From assembly GCA_973895155.1 (NCBI GenBank), contig OZ316892.1, positions 882,917 to 946,916 on the forward strand: a stretch of DNA of 64,000 nucleotides. Reading direction: 5' to 3'. Under the pieces are notes generated by a model, which was not told where the DNA came from, searched no databases, and was given only the letters and a program-made list of their open reading frames with translations. The position numbers and the translations under genes were made by a program. Each line of letters opens with the position of its first letter. Position 1 is the stretch's first letter. This stretch comes from Marsupella aquatica (Eukaryota; Plantae; Marchantiophyta). Of this stretch, positions 60,741-64,000 are shown in pieces.

Positions 60741-63700
60741 CTAGCGGGAACGCCGTGGCTTACAACGGAACTCCGCAAGCAAGGCTATGTGGTCCGACGA
60801 CCACTCAGGTGAGGGAAGCGCTGTGTCTTTGCGCAAACTCTCCTCATCCAATAGCTCCAACAAGGACTCCACTTGCAAAGAATCCTCTGTTCATGCAAAA
60901 GCCAAAATATCAGCACGATCGCTACAATCTCCAAAAGCCTTGCCAGGTACGAAAAAATCATCCTGGGAGCTATTGGAGAAGCATCACTTCTATCCACTTA
61001 ACCAAAAAGATGTGTATGGATCTCGGAAAGCACTGTAGAGATCACATAGGAGAATGGCGGATTCACTGACCCGTGTAAAAGATGTAATCCAGAGTGCCAA
61101 GAAAATCACGTGTGCAATTGGTGAAAAGAGGTTCACTGCTTCCTGCATCTATCAGTCGCCGCTGTCGTTCCACACCTCCCATTCTAGCAAATGCTGAGTA
61201 AGCACTTCTCTGTGAATACCATAAAGCCAGATGATAGTTAACAACTTTTCAGAGAGGGTGACATGTAAGGAGCAGCACATGAAACAAACCCTGTAGGAAC
61301 ACCGACTCACAAAAGAAGCGCACAAACTTGAAGGTCTCACACAAGTCTCGAAGGTAAGAAATGGCTGCACGAATAGGTTACCTGCTCTATGGCTTAGACC
61401 GACAATCGAACTGTCAGATGAGACAAATACCTCACATACAACCAAATCTAAATTTGAATAGCTCTTCCAGAGATGCATATAAAAGAAGTGGCTGGCTAGA
61501 CAAAGTCGTCATTTAACAAGGCTTACCAGAGGTAACTGATGGCACAATTTGCTGAAAGGACGCAAGATCCCAAGAGGGTCTGTAGCCAACTCTGGATGAC
61601 CTGCTTCTACTCTCTGTGTTGCCAGTAACGCGTGAGGTGCACTGTAATGGTAAGACCAATACGAGTTCAAATGAGGACAACGTCAAGAGTTCTGTAAAAC
61701 TTATTCAGATCCAACGCAAAAGGCAACACTGGAACGACAATCTTGATTAAATGCAAACAAACAATGACAAGGAAAGAGACACAAACCTGCCCGGAACGGA
61801 GTTGAAATCACCAGCAACTAGCATTGGAATGTCAGCACTGGCCGCAATTTTCTCGAGACCTTTCAGGAGAGTGTGCACCTGCTTGTCAGCAAACGGAAAC
61901 AGAACTTAAACCCAAGAGAAGATAAAGATTACAATTAAAAAGTTACACCTGCAAATTTGAGCTATACTCAATAGCAGGCTGTAAGCAAGCATTTCTTGCA
62001 AATATTGCAAACACTTAATTTAACAAAATGGAGAACAAAAGTGGGCAAACAGGATGTAAATTCACACAGCAAGAATAATTAAGCTACCTGCCAGAGCTTC
62101 ACGTCCTTCAACTCTGGGTTTGCGTGGATGTGAGTATTGGCCTGTTAAAAATATCGGAACGCGAGAAGAGTTTAACAATCCTGCTCATGATCGAAATATA
62201 TGACCCGAGAATGCGGTAAATTCCCGAAAACCATTGGAGATCTTCAATGTATTGAAGTCACTTCATGTAGCTAGTTTGAGCAGAGTAGGATAAACATAAA
62301 CTTCGATTTATTCTACAGCTAAAGGATGGATACATGTTTATTTAGATGTTAACTAGGTCAGAAAATAAGATCCGAGTGCACTTTCACTAGAACAAAGGAT
62401 TCCCTAGGAAGAGCATCTTTGTCCAATATTAAGCATCCACAGCTCTTGTTATCGTCTTCAATTCCTGAACAGTTGTCCGTAAGTGCTTACCACACAAAGT
62501 AGTTGCCGCTTCCCTGAGGGTGGCGCTACTCCAGCATGATCACGGGCCTCCAGTACAACTATGAGGGCCACATTATCCTAGACAACAGAACCCTTGTTAA
62601 AATCTAACATTCATCAGTTTATCCTTAACTCACAACATTTGAAAGTTAAACTAAGATCCTCGTGAAGTGTGATATACCTTAAGCAGCCGACTTAGAGCTG
62701 CCTTTTTCGAGGCTGTAGGTACTAGGGCCTCTGTCAGGGATTGGGCAGCCTTGTTGAACTCCACCTAAGTCACACAGATAAAGCACATAGTAAGCCTTTG
62801 CAGTATTCAGACTTTCAGCGGATCAACCCATGTCGCTATGGCCTTCAACAACTAATTCAAAATGTTACCCTGTCTTCAACAGCCTATCGAGATCCAGACG
62901 AATGAAAAACAAGGTGCGATATTCATTCAGTCGCATTACCTCGTACTTTTTCACGAGAGAAAATCGATCCCGCCTGAAGAATGTTGCGCAACCATCAATT
63001 GCATAGACGGTGCCAGTATAAACCTGTAAATCCATATTTAGAGCGCATTTTCATTCCAATCAGACCTTCAGTCTTTCCTCCAGCCCGCACATCATTCCGG
63101 AGTAAAGAGGCAAATGAATACAGAATGAAACTAAGAAAGTTGAAAAAAAATATGCCACGACCACTTTCAGAACACCCAAACTCATAACACTGAGATAGAA
63201 CTCGCACCTCTGCGGTCTTTTTCTTATATACAGCAGCGTATCCATGTTTTTCCAATTCAGGAGCAAAAAACTCCTCAAAGTGATCACTTTGGACCTGCAC
63301 ATGGGAGAGGTCGTCATGAATCTCGTGCAAGTCAAGTCTTAAATAGAATTGAATGAGGATGCACATCAGAAACAGGAGCACTACGATTCCATCGTAGCCA
63401 GGAATAAGTTCCTCACAAAGCCCTAAGAGAAACTCGCCTAGATACGAGACGGTACTGTCCTTGTGATGGAAACTGAAAATCATGAGCAAGAAGAAGATTG
63501 TCACCATCAACAGAACCTATTCCCAATAACGCCTCTAAGGGATGAAATTCCATTTCATTATCTTTCCATTCAGTTCAAATGACATGGTTCCGTTTTGTAA
63601 ACAAAAACTATGGTCCCCAGAAACGGGATTCGAAAAACAGTCTTGAAGAGACACCTTCAGATACATCGACGAGCAAAGGTAGCTTTCCTCATAGAAGGAA

Positions 63701-64000
63701 CGACGACAAAGGATAGGAACTACAGTACAAAACACAACTCCCCACCTTTGGACAAAAAGGAAAGTTAAAAGAAGCGAAAATACCTCTTGAAGACAAAGGA
63801 TGTCAGCTCGATACCCAATCACCTCACGGAGCAGATTCTGCCTGCGATATGCCCACGAGAGTGCCCAAGGAGGGCAGTAGCTGTACATATCGCTCTTGGC
63901 ATACAAGTCTGCCAACACATTATATGAGAGCACTGTAAAAGTACCTGCTGCAGTAGTGCGGTTCTCAATGTCAATGGCTGCTCCGTCTAAGGAGTTTGCG
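60741..64000 (-). CDS. CCR4: Carbon catabolite repressor 4 homolog (CCR4 mRNA deadenylase, EEP family), 5' part beyond window; 10 exons visible
   Basis: FTVLSYNVLAD, ADILCLQEVQ, ANTHIH, AGDFNS, FTNCTRDFLGTLDYIFY, SSDHIALLAEF motifs; GT-AG introns; stop at 60741-60743. Confidence 0.95.

Overview
Eukaryotic plant genomic DNA, probably from a non-seed land plant such as a bryophyte (inference from TE families and gene content). Positions 1-41 kb are a nest of mostly decayed LTR retrotransposons: (i) the 3' end of a Gypsy element with its 3' LTR (378-1652) and two solo LTRs of the same family (17034-18492 +, 20791-21935 -); (ii) two copies of a large retroelement accessory ORF ('ORF X') into which all three of those LTRs inserted; (iii) a Tork/Tnt1-like Copia (3885-10327, TSD GGTCG); (iv) a Bianca-type Copia (~25.3-41.0 kb, -) containing a full-length Gypsy (28754-36307, TSD ACGT) and a gag-only TR-GAG-like element (36378-38274). 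Positions 43-64 kb hold three intron-containing genes: a GPI-anchored SPARK-domain protein, an AsmA-like protein resembling chlamydial proteins, and a CCR4 deadenylase. The main candidate novelty is an LTR family whose LTRs encode two tandem, mutually paralogous ~70-aa microproteins. These are intact in all three copies and conserved at protein level, and the family inserts at 4-bp nCGn sites inside another element's accessory gene. All alignments and boundaries were read by eye; no database searches were run.
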